Under the pieces are notes generated by a model. That model was not told where the DNA came from. It worked only from the letters and a program-made list of their open reading frames with translations, and made no database searches. The position numbers and the translations under genes were made by a program. From Octopus bimaculoides (Eukaryota): a stretch of DNA of 61,439 nucleotides. Shown piece after piece: positions 27,401 to 38,797 of this stretch; position 1 is the first letter of the stretch; each line of letters starts with the position of its first letter. The DNA is taken from assembly GCF_001194135.2 (NCBI RefSeq), contig NC_068991.1, positions 21,659,996 through 21,721,434 of the forward strand, given 5' to 3'.

Positions 27401-27569
27401 TCTGAAACTACAGAAATGATTCAAGGGCCCAGATTTTCGTGCCAGAGCAAGCGGAGTTGCAGTAAACTCTAGGCCCTGATCATATATATATAGACATTCT
27501 CTCACACACACACGATGTCGATTAATTTTTGACACCACTTACCTCGAAATAGTCATGTTCATAGTTCAT
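8860..27569 (-). CDS. STYX: STYX serine/threonine/tyrosine-interacting protein (dual-specificity pseudophosphatase), 10 coding exons, 567 nt, 188 aa
   Basis: All exons have AG/GT ends with matching phases; protein MNYEHDYFE DWSYSMRREMQ EIVPGLFLGPYAAAMKNK YETLKKHGITHIVCIRQDVEARFIRPNFLQHFV YLLLNIADKPTENIIQHFKK VKDFLDDCFRQGGRALVHGNAGISRS AAMVIAFIMERYSLSYR QASSHVQLRRFCINPNEGFVRQLM EFEPIYRARMSQMNGQRSAEIG LLKRKYED*; matches STYX as I recall it. Confidence 0.95.
9300..9965 (-). mobile_element. RTE-clade LINE relic, APE endonuclease region
   Basis: LFVAGNFNRLVG (GDFN motif), LLEFCDANDLMICN, HLFTYQSGGYTCQIDYILARK. Confidence 0.85.
10554..10617 (-). CDS. STYX: STYX exon 9 (EFEPIYRARMSQMNGQRSAEI-G)
   Basis: cttctaacag acceptor, G|gtaagt donor, 64 nt. 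Confidence 0.93.
11668..11905 (-). mobile_element. Family B (Deu/Nin-domain) SINE
   Basis: Reverse complement of the 2140-2365 consensus. Confidence 0.8.
13047..13119 (-). CDS. STYX: STYX exon 8 (QASSHVQLRRFCINPNEGFVRQLM)
   Basis: ctctttacag acceptor, ATG|gtaagt donor, 73 nt; RRFCINPNxGFVxQL motif. Confidence 0.97.
13779..13829 (-). CDS. STYX: STYX exon 7 (AAMVIAFIMERYSLSY-R)
   Basis: ctcttaccag acceptor, CG|gtaagt donor, 51 nt. Confidence 0.95.
13960..14281 (-). mobile_element. Helentron-associated (HINE/DINE-like) non-autonomous element; similar type at ~35350-35510 (+)
   Basis: TT start, sub-terminal inverted CCTGTGCGC/GCGCACAGG, ctccaaatttgg core and a tgtctgtgtgtttg microsatellite-like block. 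Confidence 0.5.
14860..14936 (-). CDS. STYX: STYX exon 6 with inactive P-loop (VKDFLDDCFRQGGRALVHGNAGISR-S)
   Basis: tttttcacag acceptor, AG|gtaaaa donor, 77 nt; Gly replaces the catalytic Cys of HCxxGxxRS. Confidence 0.97.
15688..15775 (-). CDS. Candidate alternative (mutually exclusive) STYX exon 5b (HNVSRTTLFRWLDGSDEDLIAAMISGMPN)
   Basis: tttttctttttag acceptor, AAC|gtgagt donor, 88 nt, open only in the phase 2-to-0 frame also used by exon 5. Confidence 0.5.
16368..16428 (-). CDS. STYX: STYX exon 5 (YLLLNIADKPTENIIQHFKK)
   Basis: ctttgtag acceptor, AAG|gtatga donor, 61 nt, phase 2 to 0. Confidence 0.95.
16785..17150 (-). mobile_element. tRNA-head SINE (family A), near full length
   Basis: Same head and body as 1-165, 46985-47335 and 53585-53980. 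Confidence 0.85.
17872..17969 (-). CDS. STYX: STYX exon 4 (YETLKKHGITHIVCIRQDVEARFIRPNFLQHF-V)
   Basis: ttcttctag acceptor, GT|gtgagt donor, 98 nt, ends in phase 2. Confidence 0.95.
18278..18323 (-). ncRNA. Minimal hammerhead motif, G12A variant (probably inactive)
   Basis: gacac-CTGATGA-a-ggctg..cagcc-AAAA-CGTT-gtgtt; palindromic AACGTT retained. Confidence 0.6.
18519..18564 (+). ncRNA. Minimal hammerhead motif with altered but paired stem II
   Basis: aacac-CTGATGA-t-agctg(gagggtatat)cagct-GAAA-TGTT-gtgtt. Confidence 0.6.
18960..19195 (-). mobile_element. Family B (Deu/Nin-domain) SINE, young copy
   Basis: Reverse complement of the consensus with most CpGs intact. Confidence 0.85.
20126..20179 (-). 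CDS. STYX: STYX exon 3 (EIVPGLFLGPYAAAMKNK)
   Basis: catacag acceptor, AAA|gtaagt donor, 54 nt. Confidence 0.95.
20840..21670 (-). mobile_element. 5'-truncated Penelope-like element: GIY-YIG endonuclease relic (~21130-21660), tRNA-like block (21020-21091), pLTR (20840-20990)
   Basis: VCLPYVKGLSEKLQKIF..KNCVYSI*CSCGRLYKDEICRPLKIRVEEHRKA..SSIADHVW..IRKLKEA; pLTR shared with 18233-18647. Confidence 0.88.
20899..20944 (-). ncRNA. Minimal type I hammerhead ribozyme motif in pLTR
   Basis: gacac-CTGATGA-a-ggctg(gagggtatat)cagcc-GAAA-TGTT-gtgtt; core intact, stem III C-to-T change. Confidence 0.7.
21672..21902 (+). mobile_element. Family C SINE inserted into a Penelope element
   Basis: Same tail as 6897-7185; contains a 10-N gap with duplicated flanks. 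Confidence 0.8.
21903..22010 (+). mobile_element. Partial pLTR inverted at the 5' truncation junction of the Penelope element
   Basis: gttaacaacaaacaagaggaggacaaatatc..aatgtaaataatg..cctcatctcttaaatatag matches the pLTR in opposite orientation. Confidence 0.75.
22947..23100 (+). repeat. 16-bp minisatellite (GAATGGTGGATGTAGT)n
   Basis: About 9 copies across a 10-N gap. Confidence 0.95.
23595..23627 (-). CDS. STYX: STYX exon 2 (DWSYSMRREMQ)
   Basis: ttttttag acceptor, CAG|gtattg donor, 33 nt. Confidence 0.93.
24270..24800 (+). mobile_element. RTE-clade LINE relic, ORF2 C-terminus
   Basis: ISNTEVL..PSIFTLLQQHHLHWLGHVYRMLDRRIPKDLL*GELA..FKDICKRDMK, with stops. Confidence 0.85.
24870..25590 (-). 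mobile_element. Decayed Tc1/mariner-superfamily transposase (maT/DD37D-like)
   Basis: Frameshifted motifs FFSDE, VMLPHFILQSLRINATAYI, NSASSH, WLTEN, SSSPDL. Confidence 0.65.
27543..27569 (-). CDS. STYX: STYX putative first coding exon (MNYEHDYFE)
   Basis: GAG|gtaagt donor, phase 0 fits exon 2, in-frame upstream TAA, CpG-rich context; no homology support, and a further exon could lie in the 26540-26949 gap. Confidence 0.6.
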
Positions 27570-28334
27570 CGCATTGGCATCAGTTTTAATAATTCCCCCT
27601 CTTTTCTTCTTGTCTGTCTTTATTAATTAAATGTCGGTTTTATTAATCCTATTGCAGCTATTCATGATGACCACAGTCATGACGATATTCCTCATAGTAA
27701 TAATAAGGTATAAGATTCCTCCTCTTTGTAACAATTTTTAAGATACTTATTAATACTTATATCACATATATTTCTTTCAACGGCAACTATATATATATAT
27801 ACAAAACAATTTTCGTGTTCGAAAAATTCCTAGCGTGTAATATTTCTTTTCGTAATATAGTTTTTTTGTTTCTTTTTTAAATCGTGTTGTCGTTGGCTCA
27901 AAATAATGTGTCTCTCCGCAATGAATGCAAAACTACGAAACATTAAAAACAACAAACCTTCAAGAAAATGTTTCAGCTCCTAAAATACAACTTTAATAAA
28001 ACTTCGTAAATGTTTGCTCACAAGCACACGCAAAAAAAAAGGTAAAAAAGTATTTAAATACGAAATTATTACAAACAACTTCTTTGGTATATGGAAGTTA
28101 TTTTGTGTCTGGTTTTGCGTGTATACACATATATACATTACAAAAATAAATATATAATATAATTCATATATAAATAACAAGAAAAAGTTTTAAACTCAAT
28201 TGCAAAAGTTTCTCAGTTGTAGAAATGCCAGAGTCTAAATGAAGGTAGAGTAAGGGAGATAATAAAACTCCAAGGCAATAGGCTGAAACGAGTAATCTAC
28301 CTTAAGATAATATTACGTTGTAATTAATTTCTGT

Positions 28335-28395
28335 ATGCGGCGGCGTAGCCGACAGCTGCGGAGGGGGAGGAGGGAAAGAAACGGAGGACGAAATG
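28335..28395 (+). other. First-exon-like GC-rich segment ending ATG|gtaagt, divergent from STYX
   Basis: Isolated GC/CpG-rich stretch, perfect donor at 28396; no confident downstream exon found. Confidence 0.4.
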
Positions 28396-28853
28396 GTAAG
28401 TATCTTACAGAATCACAAAGCCGTAAATGTAAGAGAACGGGAGTAACTGATTGAATGACATTTTTTCTCTTGTCACGGGTATCAGTGACAAGCAAAAACG
28501 AAAGGTGAATTCCACAGAAGAGGAGAAACAAATGCGTAATTTGAGCCCTTTCAGTTTAGTTCACTTCCATTATTAAAAACCGAGTTCTGTAACACAAACA
28601 AGTCCAAGTTTATGATCGTCGTCGTTGTTTAACGTTCACTTTCCCATGCTTACGTAGGTCAGGTGGAATGCACTGCAGCAGACTTTCTATAACTGGATGC
28701 CCTTCTTGTTGCCAACACTCATCTGTTTCTAAGCGAGGTAATAATCCCCATGGACAAACATTTTTTACAGAATAATGAAAATAGATGATACTGCCTATAT
28801 GACGGTGACACTCATTTACTATCATCATGCATCAACAAGAAAAGGAGAGACAA

Positions 28854-28894
<41 letters not shown>

Positions 28895-28917
28895 TATATG
28901 CACATACACACTATATA

Positions 28918-29134
28918 CGAGGAGATACTGAAAAGTTCCTGGCTTTAGGTAAAAGAAAATACAGGAAGATCAGTTAATGATGATTTTATTCAGCATATTC
29001 CCCTCTCAGATTCACATATTTATTGCAGCGATCCTTCAGTTTATCTAAGCCCTGTAAAAGAACTCAGAAGGTTGGGCCTCCAACCAAGCCTTTCGCAATA
29101 CCCTCAAAGCCAGAAACTTTTTAATACCCCCTTG
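28918..29134. mobile_element. Mariner-type MITE
   Basis: TA-cgagg.g.tactgaaaagttcctggcttt ... aaagccagaaactttt.aatacccccttg-TA. Confidence 0.8.
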
Positions 29135-29350
29135 TATGCACAGACACACACGATAGGCTTCTTTCTGTTTCCATCTGTCAAATCCACTTACTGAACCCAA
29201 AACCATGTGGTCATGAAGCAAAGTTCTTAACCACACAGCCACACCTATTTTTAGAAATTGGCCATAATCCTTATAATTACAACTAAATCAATGAGGATGC
29301 TTACCAAGTCCATGTCCAGTTTGACATCCACACCTGATCCCTGGATGTCT

Positions 29351-29491
29351 TTAGCAGAGTCCATTCTGCTGCATGAATTCAAAACAATGTCTCCTATCAA
29401 GTGATAACTTCCTCTTGTCCTCATACCAATTACAGAGACTCTGCCAAAAAAGTTCATGGGTGCTGTCCTCACCACCAATGTTTGGCCAAGT
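29351..29491 (-). CDS. Putative terminal exon of an unidentified gene (TWPNIGGEDSTHELFWQSLCNWYEDKRKLSLDRRHCFEFMQQNGLC*)
   Basis: Pyrimidine-rich tract plus AG, then 46 protein-like codons and TAA; non-repetitive; family not recognised. Confidence 0.45.
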   Translation of the reverse strand, partial: TWPNIGGEDSTHELFWQSLCNWYEDKRKLSLDRRHCFEFMQQNGLC

Positions 29492-29544
29492 CTTTATAAA
29501 CAGATAAATAAAAACTGAAAGCTTGACAGTGTATAAGCGAAAAC

Positions 29545-30200
29545 CACTGCTGTGATGTGCATGTAGATAAATCAATTATCCATGGACACGGAGATAGTGA
29601 CATGTCCATGACTAAGTCACTTCCAATCAATGTTGTGATGTATCTATCGCTAAAACACTTGTCAACAATGTTGTGATGTGTTGCTAAGTTACCTGTAATC
29701 AGTGTTGTGATGTTTCTCTCTCTGAGTCCCCTCCCCTCTCAAAGATTCCTTGTCTTACAAGTTACTTGGTGACCCTGCCAGTGCTGATGCCACATTAAAA
29801 GCATCCAGTCCGTGCCATTAAGTGATTGGCCTTTGGAAGGGTATCCAGTTATAAAAACCAGGCCAAACTGACCTCACCTACTTTGCAGTGGTGGTTGATG
29901 TTAGGAAGGACATCCAGCCATAAAAACCATGCCAAAACAGATACAGAAGCCTGATGTAGTCTTCTACCTGGCTGGCTCCTGTTAAACCGTCCAACCCATG
30001 TCAGCATGGAAGGCAAACACTAAACAATGATGATTACCAGTGTTGTGAAGTGTCTATGGTTAAATCTCATTTTACCAGCATTGTAAAGTGCATGTAGCTA
30101 TGTCTCTAATTACTAAATTGTGATGTGTCCATGGCTAAGTCACCTGTAACTTGTCTATGGTTAAGTCACTTCTAACCAATGTTGTATTGTGACCATGGTT
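29545..30200 (+). repeat. Degenerate ~35-bp tandem repeat (gtgatgtgtccatggctaagtcac..aatgtt) split by an old family C SINE
   Basis: Recurring ttgtgatgt and catgg.taagtcac motifs on both sides of ~29720-30035. Confidence 0.65.
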
Positions 30201-31362
30201 AACTCAACTAGCTTTAATATTATGAAATTAATATGCACTCCATTACTTTGTGGTGTTTGGTTACCCCCTCCCAAAGTATAACTCAAAATGGGATGATATT
30301 TTTCAAGCTGACTTGACCTGGAAAATGAAATATCTGTAACACTCACTATGCTAAAGGACTTTTCATTACACACCTCAACCTAAAATATACTGAGAATAAA
30401 ATTTTTTTCATTTCATTCTCAGTAGCCCTAAACATTTCATCTTGAATAGTTGGACTTATATAGGTAAAAAAAAAAAAGAGATAGTTTTAGAGCAAAAAAA
30501 CACAACTGATACACTCACAAAGAGAAACTAGGTTGTGAGTTTGATAACTGAGAAATTACTAATTCAACAGAAACCACTCAAGATGATACGTGTATCTAAA
30601 ATTTGTATAACAGTCAAAACACTCAATTTGCAGAAAGAAGATGTGACATTGGACCAGCTCTGGTTCAAGAATTACTGAAAATTCTTCAACTTCAATACAT
30701 ACAACACATTCCAAGACTTGCTTAGAGCAGTTACTAATGGTAAGTGGATCTTCAAATCAATGCTACTGTTTTTTTTAAATCACAAAAAATTATCACAGCA
30801 TTTGATGAGGTGTTTTCTATGGCAAAGGCATAATGCAAATACAATAAAGAAAGTGGATCTCCATTGGTGTCAATAAACATTCAGATGCTTGATTAACTGA
30901 ATTACCTACGCACTGGATTAAAGTGTATGTGACTGAACAGCCCACAGACACATTTACTTTAAATCTAATTTTCCGCTGTTCTACACTATCAAACATCTCC
31001 TACTCCCCCACTCACTTCCAGCCTATTTATTCCACTCATTTCTACTCTTGAAGGTATACCCTGATACCTCATGACCACTATTATCACTTTTCAGCTCCAC
31101 CTTCTTTTCTAAAGTGTGAGCTGTCATATAGCTCATCTACAGCAGGAAACACGTTCTGCTCCAGCCCTTTTCTCTCATACTTTACTCTTTTCCACTGTTC
31201 ATCTCCCAACATAAAGTTACCCCCTTTAGAATTTATAGTCTTGCAAGCTGTAATGCGATTACACCAAGAGCTGGTGGTACAGAAACAAGAAGAAAAAAAA
31301 GCAGCTTGTACATAATGGAAAGGGATTGGAATTAAGAAGGGCATCCAGCTGTAGAATGCATG

Positions 31363-31591
31363 TTAACCCTTTTGATACCAACCTGGCCGAAACCGCCTCT
31401 GGCTCTGTAGTACAAATGTCTTGTTTTCATAAGTTTTGAATTAAAATCTTCCACCAAACCTTAGTCACAATTTATGTTCATAACACTACCTGAATGATAA
31501 CCAAGTTATTTTACTGAGTTCTTTGTTATATTTAAAGTAATTGAAAGAAACACAGAGCATCTCAAAAGAAATATGGTAACAAAAGGGTTAA
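31363..31591. mobile_element. piggyBac-type MITE nested in a family C tail
   Basis: TTAA-cccttttg.tacca ... tggtaacaaaaggg-TTAA; related copies at 56551-56771, 59007-59215 and reverse partial ~15850-16020. Confidence 0.85.
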
Positions 31592-34142
31592 AGCAGACAC
31601 TGGAGAAACAATACGGTCCTTGGGCCCATTGAATCCTGTCAAGCCAGCATGAAACACTGACATTAAATGATGATGAATCAGTGCAACACAGTGTGTAACA
31701 AGGTTGTACTATTGAATTACAGGTATAATCCATTCAACAGGCTTCCAGACAGTTTCTGATTATCAAATTTTGTTAACAAAGGTTGGGTTGTCTTGAAGCC
31801 ATAGTAAAAGATACTTATCCAAGATGGTATGCAGCAAGGACTTCATGTTTATGAAGCCAGTTTCTTAAAGTTTCAGTCATGCTATGTTAGTAGTACAATA
31901 GTAAAGCTAAGTATGTATGTCCATCATCTGTGCTTGTTTATGAAGTACATCCTCTTAAAGCATTTCTAAATGAGGTTGGTTACTCTTTATTGTCAACCAA
32001 TTCCATTCTTTATTCAGTTAGTGGCTGTAGTTGCACTGTCTCCAGTCAGCCCTGACTGACCAGACAAATGATCAATGTTCCAGCCCTGACCATTTTGTAT
32101 ATCAGAGATTATATTGCCCAATAGGTCTCTCCCTTTTTAAAAATGGTAGGACGTATGTCAAAAATCTGGCTACTATTTCTAGCAAATTTAATGACCAAAC
32201 AGAGGCTTCTTTGTTGGTTCATTCAAATAGATATTGGTTTAAAACAAACCCAGTGTAATGAAGTAATGTAACCAGACTCAGGTTACAGTGAAATGCTTGT
32301 TAGCATTAAACTTCCTTCTCTACTGTGTTATGTCAAGTTATTACTTAATTACTGTTTTTCGTCCTAATTTCTTCAGCTAGTTTGGCCTGTATTGACTCAA
32401 TTTCAGAGACAGTGGTTACCATGGATACTATTGCTGTGATATTTAGAACACAACTTGACATGCCAGCTGTGTTTCAAAGCTGAAAGATTTCCTTTAAAAA
32501 GACCACTTTCTGCCCACAACCAATACATGATTGCACCAACTTACTACAAATCGCGTTCGTATTACACCCTACTGTCTTAGAACCATAAAAATACATTGGA
32601 AAATGTTTATCCTAATTGCACTGTAATTGAAAATATTAAAAAAATAAAACAGATAGTTATAGCAAGTGCCTTTCATCATTCTTTAAATCGAATAATTATT
32701 ATTGACTTGAACCGATAAGAGCATTCATCATTATAATAATTTTAACACCCACTTTTCCATACTTGCATGGGTCAGACAGAATTTGTTGAGGTAGATTTTC
32801 TGCAAACTGATGTCCTTCTTGTTGCCAACCATCACACATTTTCAAGCAAGGTGATATTTTCCCTGGTCTATTGAACAACAATCAGTCCAGACATTAGTTA
32901 TGGGCCTGTTTTTTGTTTACAAAGATTGAGCAACATATCAAGACATGTCAATAAGTTTGAATATGCTTTCACGGATGACTGCAAGCACACAACACCATCT
33001 GTGTTTATAGCAAGGCTGCTATTTTATTTACAGTCAGCAAACACGTGGTGCCAAGCAGAAATATGAACTCATGCACACACACACACCAGGCTTCTTCAGT
33101 TTCTATGTATTTCACTGACAAGGTACTGGTTGACTCACAGTTATAGACCATCAGCTGACGTTTAAGTAATGAGACCAAACACCTAACCACTTGGTTCCAA
33201 AGCGAACTTTTTAACCACATAGCTATGCCTGCACTGATATACAGAATTGCCTGTACCTACACATAGTCATACTTCTGGATTCTGCCTATACACAAGAATA
33301 CCTGTGCCTATACAAGCCATGTTTATGCTATATATAGCCATAATTTTCTGTAATACTCCAGTCAAGTGTACTTAAAAATAAAACATACATACATTCTTGT
33401 CTGTGTTATTTTTGATCATTACAATTTTAGCATTAGTATTATTATGGAGACAAGGGTTCATAAATATGTAAGAAGCTCTGTTATTTGCTCCTGTTTTTGT
33501 GTACTTATGTAGCCATTACTGAAGCTTGCTTCATAGAAGTGATAGCAATATTCAATAAATATTCTGTCTTACCAGATTTCTCAGATGAAAGAAATTCAGT
33601 ACCATCTAGATGGAGTTGCAAAGGTCAAAGCTACATTTTCTCTTCTTGTGACTAACTTATAAATCTTTAAAAATTGGTTTTAAACATTAATAACACCACA
33701 GAAATGGTACTATCAGTGTTTAGTTAGCTTGCAGTTCAGAGTTCAATTTCACCACCAGGCTAACTTCCTCCTCTATATTCAAACAAAATCTGCAATGCTC
33801 CCTACAACTCAGTTGGTTACAAAGTATTTCAAATCTGCAACATCTTTACACCATTGTGGTACTGAGGTTTTACTGAGTTACACATCTTAAAATTACTTAA
33901 AATTTATTTCTGGTCTGTCTCAACTTCCTTCCAATTGAACAGTTGAAATATCTTCAACTAAGGATCAAAACCAGATCACATAATTCATTTCAATCTTCTG
34001 TGAAAACTTATCCAGTCATGAGGAAATATTACCTTACTTGGAAACAGGAAGAACATATGACTGTTAAAAATCCACCTCAACAAATTCTGTCCAATCCATG
34101 TGACCATGGGATAATGGATGCTAAAACAAATAATGAAGATGA

Positions 34143-34360
34143 CATTGCCAGTGCCGCCAAACTGGCTCCTGTGCGGGTGGCACATAAAAGCACCCACTAC
34201 ACTCCCGGAGTGGTTGGCGTTAGGAAGGGCATCCAGCTGTAGAAACTCTGCCAAATCAGATTGGAGCCTGGTGTAGCCATCTGGTTTCTCCAGTCCTCAG
34301 TCAAATCGTCCAACCCATGCTAGCATGGAAAGTAGACGTTAAACGACGATGATAATGATG
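34143..34360 (+). mobile_element. Family C SINE
   Basis: Same consensus, ends in (GAT)n at a gap. Confidence 0.8.
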
Positions 34361-37300
34361 NNNNNNNNNNNNNNNNNNNNNNNNNNNNNNNNNNNNNNNN
34401 NNNNNNNNNNNNNNNNNNNNNNNNNNNNNNNNNNNNNNNNNNNNNNNNNNNNNNNNNNNNNNNNNNNNNNNNNNNNNNNNNNNNNNNNNNNNNNNNNNNN
34501 NNNNNNNNNNNNATATGTAGATGTATATATATATTCTAAATATTTGTTTTAGCCAATTATGTGTACATATGCAAAAATCCTTTACCGGATTTACTGTAAT
34601 GTTATAACATTGATTGAACTCTTGATTGTCGGAGATATATGTTTCTTAGAAGTTTTATGCATCATCTCCTTTCCATCTTAACATCCACTTTTCTATGCTT
34701 GCACGAATCAGACAGAATTTATGGAGATAAATTTTCTGCAGCCCCATATCCTTCCTGTTGCCAATCCTTTACCTGTTTCCAGACAAGGTAATGTTCCCCA
34801 TAGTCAGACCTGTTCTCCATAGAAGACTGGAAAGAAACAACATCACCTATAGGATGGTGATGCTTACTTATGACCACCATGTGTTGTTGAGACTTTGGTC
34901 AGCCTGGAGCTATAGCAGGAGACACTTGCCCAATGTGCCACACAGTTGAACTGAACCCAGGACCACAAGGTTGGAAAGCAAGCATCTCAACCACACAGAA
35001 TCTTTATTACTACAGTTCCATAGGATCATTTCAATGTTTGAAACAACACTTAGCTGATGAATAACTTCATTTTTATCACATATCACAATCAAGTCCTATT
35101 TGAATTTGGGTCTACTTGATACCAAGTTTAGCATATGGCATTATCATCATAACCAGAGAAGTTCCTGTGGTTTATCCATGGGTTATATTTTCACAGCAAG
35201 ACAAAAGCTATTAAACACATCACATGCAACTTCCAAATTCATATATTTAGATAAGACCAAAGTGTGTGGGTACTTTTGTGTGTGAGTGTGTGTGCATTGT
35301 ATGGAAACATAAGTGTTCAAGTTTTATAATTTTCATCAAGGATTTTTGCCTTATTACCTCCGCCTCAGTAAAGGCGAAGGTATTGTTCTCAGTAATGTTT
35401 GTTTGTTTGTTTGTTTGTCTGTGGACAAAATATATCAAGAACTGCTGGATGGATTTGGATGAAACTTTCAGGGATGTTTGGCCTTGTAACTGGCACAAAA
35501 TGATTCACCCATCCATGTATATAAATGGTTATCATTAATGTCTCTTTCCAATGCTGGCATTGGCTGGACAGTTCAACAGCAACCAATGAGCCAGAGATTT
35601 GCATTAAGCACCAGTGTCTGCTTTGGTATTGTTTCTACAGCTGGATGCTATTCCTAATGCCAACAACTTTACAGAGTACATTTGGTAATTTTTTTCATGG
35701 CACCAGCACAAGTGAGGGTACCAGGTACTTGCAAGACAAGATGCCTCAACTGAGTAGGGTATAGAAGGATGTGAAAGTACACATGAACACACACTTTGAA
35801 ATGGAGGGTTGAAAGAAGTGACAATAAGAAAACTTACAACATCTCGATCATTCTCATCTAGAATAGTCAGCAATGGACAGGCAGTATCCGTCATGGTTGA
35901 TTCGTGTGTTAATTGTCTGCTTTGTCATCCAGAAATGTGCTGTATTAGTGAAAAAGAGGAAAAAAGAGATTCAAGGATAGATACACACAAATGCATAAAG
36001 ACAGGCACATCTGAATAAGTATGTGTGTACAGGCCATTCTGGGTTATTTTTCTTAGCTCATTTTTGTTTAAATTATGCAAACTATCAAGGCCATAATTGT
36101 TTTCTACTGTTTTATTAAAAGTTTAAGTCCCTTGGCTACTGGAAACACATGTTCATGGCTGTTCTCTTATCTCCAGACAATAAGCTTGTCCTTTTCTTTA
36201 ATTGCATGTTAACTTTGGAGCATTCTTGATTTGTGAGATTATCTCCTCTTCTCATATGTGGGCTGGTCTGAATTGCTATTTAGTAATTATGAGACATCCT
36301 CTAGAGGCAGAAATAATTTTAATAAATCAAGAATTTATGTTGTGTGGTATTTCATACACTGGCATTTGTCTATCATCATCATTATCAACATTTAACATCC
36401 ATTTTCCATGATGGCATAGGTTGGATAGCTTGAGAGGAACTGGCAAGGCCAGGGGTCACACCAGGTTCCATAATGTTTCAGCTTGGTTTTTATGACTGAT
36501 GCCCTTCCTAACACCAACCATTCCACAGAGTGTACTAGGTGCTTTTTAGATGGCACCAGCACCCTCACCAATGCTTTTTAGATGGCACCTTGGTTTTAAG
36601 AACTCAATTCTGTTGTGGTGGGCATTTCTCCTTCAGTACAGCAATGCGCCACATATCTCAGTCCTCTGACATACACAAATGTATTATACACTCACAAAAC
36701 CAGACATTTGCACAATCTCACAGAAGCTCGAAATTTTTCACTTACACACATATATACATGCATGTTAATGGTTAAAACTTTGACATAAGCAATATAATAT
36801 CCATTTGAAAGTGAATATTAACAGCCTACTAACAAGAACCAAACCAAGCACAATATATCTCTCTTCTTGACACTGGAGTGAGGTCGACAGTTTTCTCTCT
36901 CAAATTCGGTTATGAAGTTTGATACCCATCAGTGGATCTGTTGTTATCTCTGTAATATATTTTTCTAATCCTACATATTAATGTATACTTGATACATATT
37001 TTGTGGGGTTGGCTATACATCAAATCAAGATGCGATACCTTGATGTTAGATATTGGGTGTTTATGAGAGGGAGCTAACTCTAAGATACTAAAACAATCAA
37101 TCCTATACTGTATACACATGAATATACAGAATTTAACATATTCATCTTTAGTGAATTTTGTTTTACAGCTTTGTGAGAAACAAGTATCAACATGCATGAC
37201 CTTAGTTGACCTTGGTAGGTCCTGTGAGGTTGGTGAGCTCGATTCTGTTTTATGATTGACTTGTACATCTATAAGAAGAGAGGAACAACTGGGTTAAGTG

Positions 37301-37379
37301 GGTGCTGCAAAACAGCATTTCTCAAAGGAACTCCTTTGGGGTTTTAACTTGAACTAGATTTAAATTTGCACCCGATGAC

Positions 37380-37910
37380 TGGAACCTGCGCCAGTGGAGC
37401 ACTAATAGCACTGTCCGAGCATGTTCATTGCCAGAACAGCTGTCTGGCTTCCGTGCTAGTGGCCTGTAAATAGCACCATTTGAGCAGAATCGTTACCAGC
37501 TGGTGGCGCATTAGAAAATCATTTGAGCGAGGTCATTGCCAGTGCCGCTGGACTGGCTCCCGTGCAGGTGGCACATAAANNNNNNNNNNGCATTAGAAAA
37601 TCATTTGAGCGAGGTCATTGCCAGTGCCGCTGGACTGGCTCCCGTGCAGGTGGCACATAAAAAACACCTTTTAGAGCGTGGCCGTTGCCAGTACCGTGTG
37701 ACTGGTCCTCGTGCCGGTGGCACGTAAAAGCACCCACTACACTCTCGGAGTGGTTGGCGTTAGGAAGGGCATCCAGCTGTAGAAACTCTGCCAGATCAGA
37801 TTGGAGCCTGGTGCAGCCATCTGGCTCGCCAGTCCTCAGTCAAATCGTCCAACCCATGCTAGCATGGAAAGCGGACGTTAAACGACGATGATGATGATGA
37901 TGATGATGAT
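37380..37910 (+). mobile_element. Family C SINE with extended 5' tandem-unit array
   Basis: Several ttgccag...gtggcac.taaa units (one is a gap duplication), then tail and (GAT)n. Confidence 0.8.
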
Positions 37911-38569
37911 GTGCATATGTCATGCATATATTAATATGTTACAAATTAAAGAGAGATAGTTGTAAAATATTTTGAAAGAGGAAAATCAGAATTACTATAC
38001 GAAAACTCTAGAGGAACCAAAAACAATAAGCTTCACTCATGATAATAACTTGGTAAAAAGAACTGTGATTTCACAAATTGTTTCAGATACCTAAATAGTT
38101 GCAAGCAGATTCAGACAGCCTTTTGGTCCTTCCTCCAGCATAACACTGAGGAGTTGCCAGCCGGAGAGAGAGAGTTACACCTTCACTCAGCTGATACTCA
38201 TTTCAGTTGAGTGCAAAATAAAATGAGTTGTGTTGTTTAGACATAATACATTGCCCAGAGCAGGAATTGAACCCACAACCTTATGATTCTTAGCTTAACA
38301 CCTTAACCATTAAATGAATGAGACTGAAATACAGCAAGACACTTTGTGTAATACTCAACTGTTTCTGCTACTTCACATTATATGTGTGTCATTTATTATA
38401 CTGTATCTAACAGTGAGTGCAGAAATTCAGTATAATACTGGTATTAATTTTAACATGTTTATGAGTCCAACAGAATTTGAATAGAGAAGCATCAGGAAGA
38501 ACCAAAACTTCACATATTGTTTAATACATAGCATGTCATTTCCATTTGTGGGAGGGTGTTTACCTGTGC

Positions 38570-38797
38570 CCAGCATCGCCTTTCTGGCACTTGTGCCCGC
38601 GGCATGTGTAAGGACTTTTGAGCAAGGTCGTTGCCAGTGCCTCTGGACTGGCTCTTGTGCAGGTGGCACACAAAATACACCATTTTGAGCGTGGCCGTTG
38701 CCAGTACCGCCTGACTGGCCTTCGTGCGGGTGACACGTAAAAGCACCCACTACACTCTCGGAGTGGTTGGCATTAGGAAGGGCATCCAGCTGTAGAA
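38570..38797 (+). mobile_element. Family C SINE, runs into a gap
   Basis: Same consensus. Confidence 0.8.

Noticed and set aside
30540-30930. Coding-like stretch with LLRAVTNGKWIF, faintly BRCT-like
   Set aside because: Stops in all frames and similarity too weak to call a pseudogene
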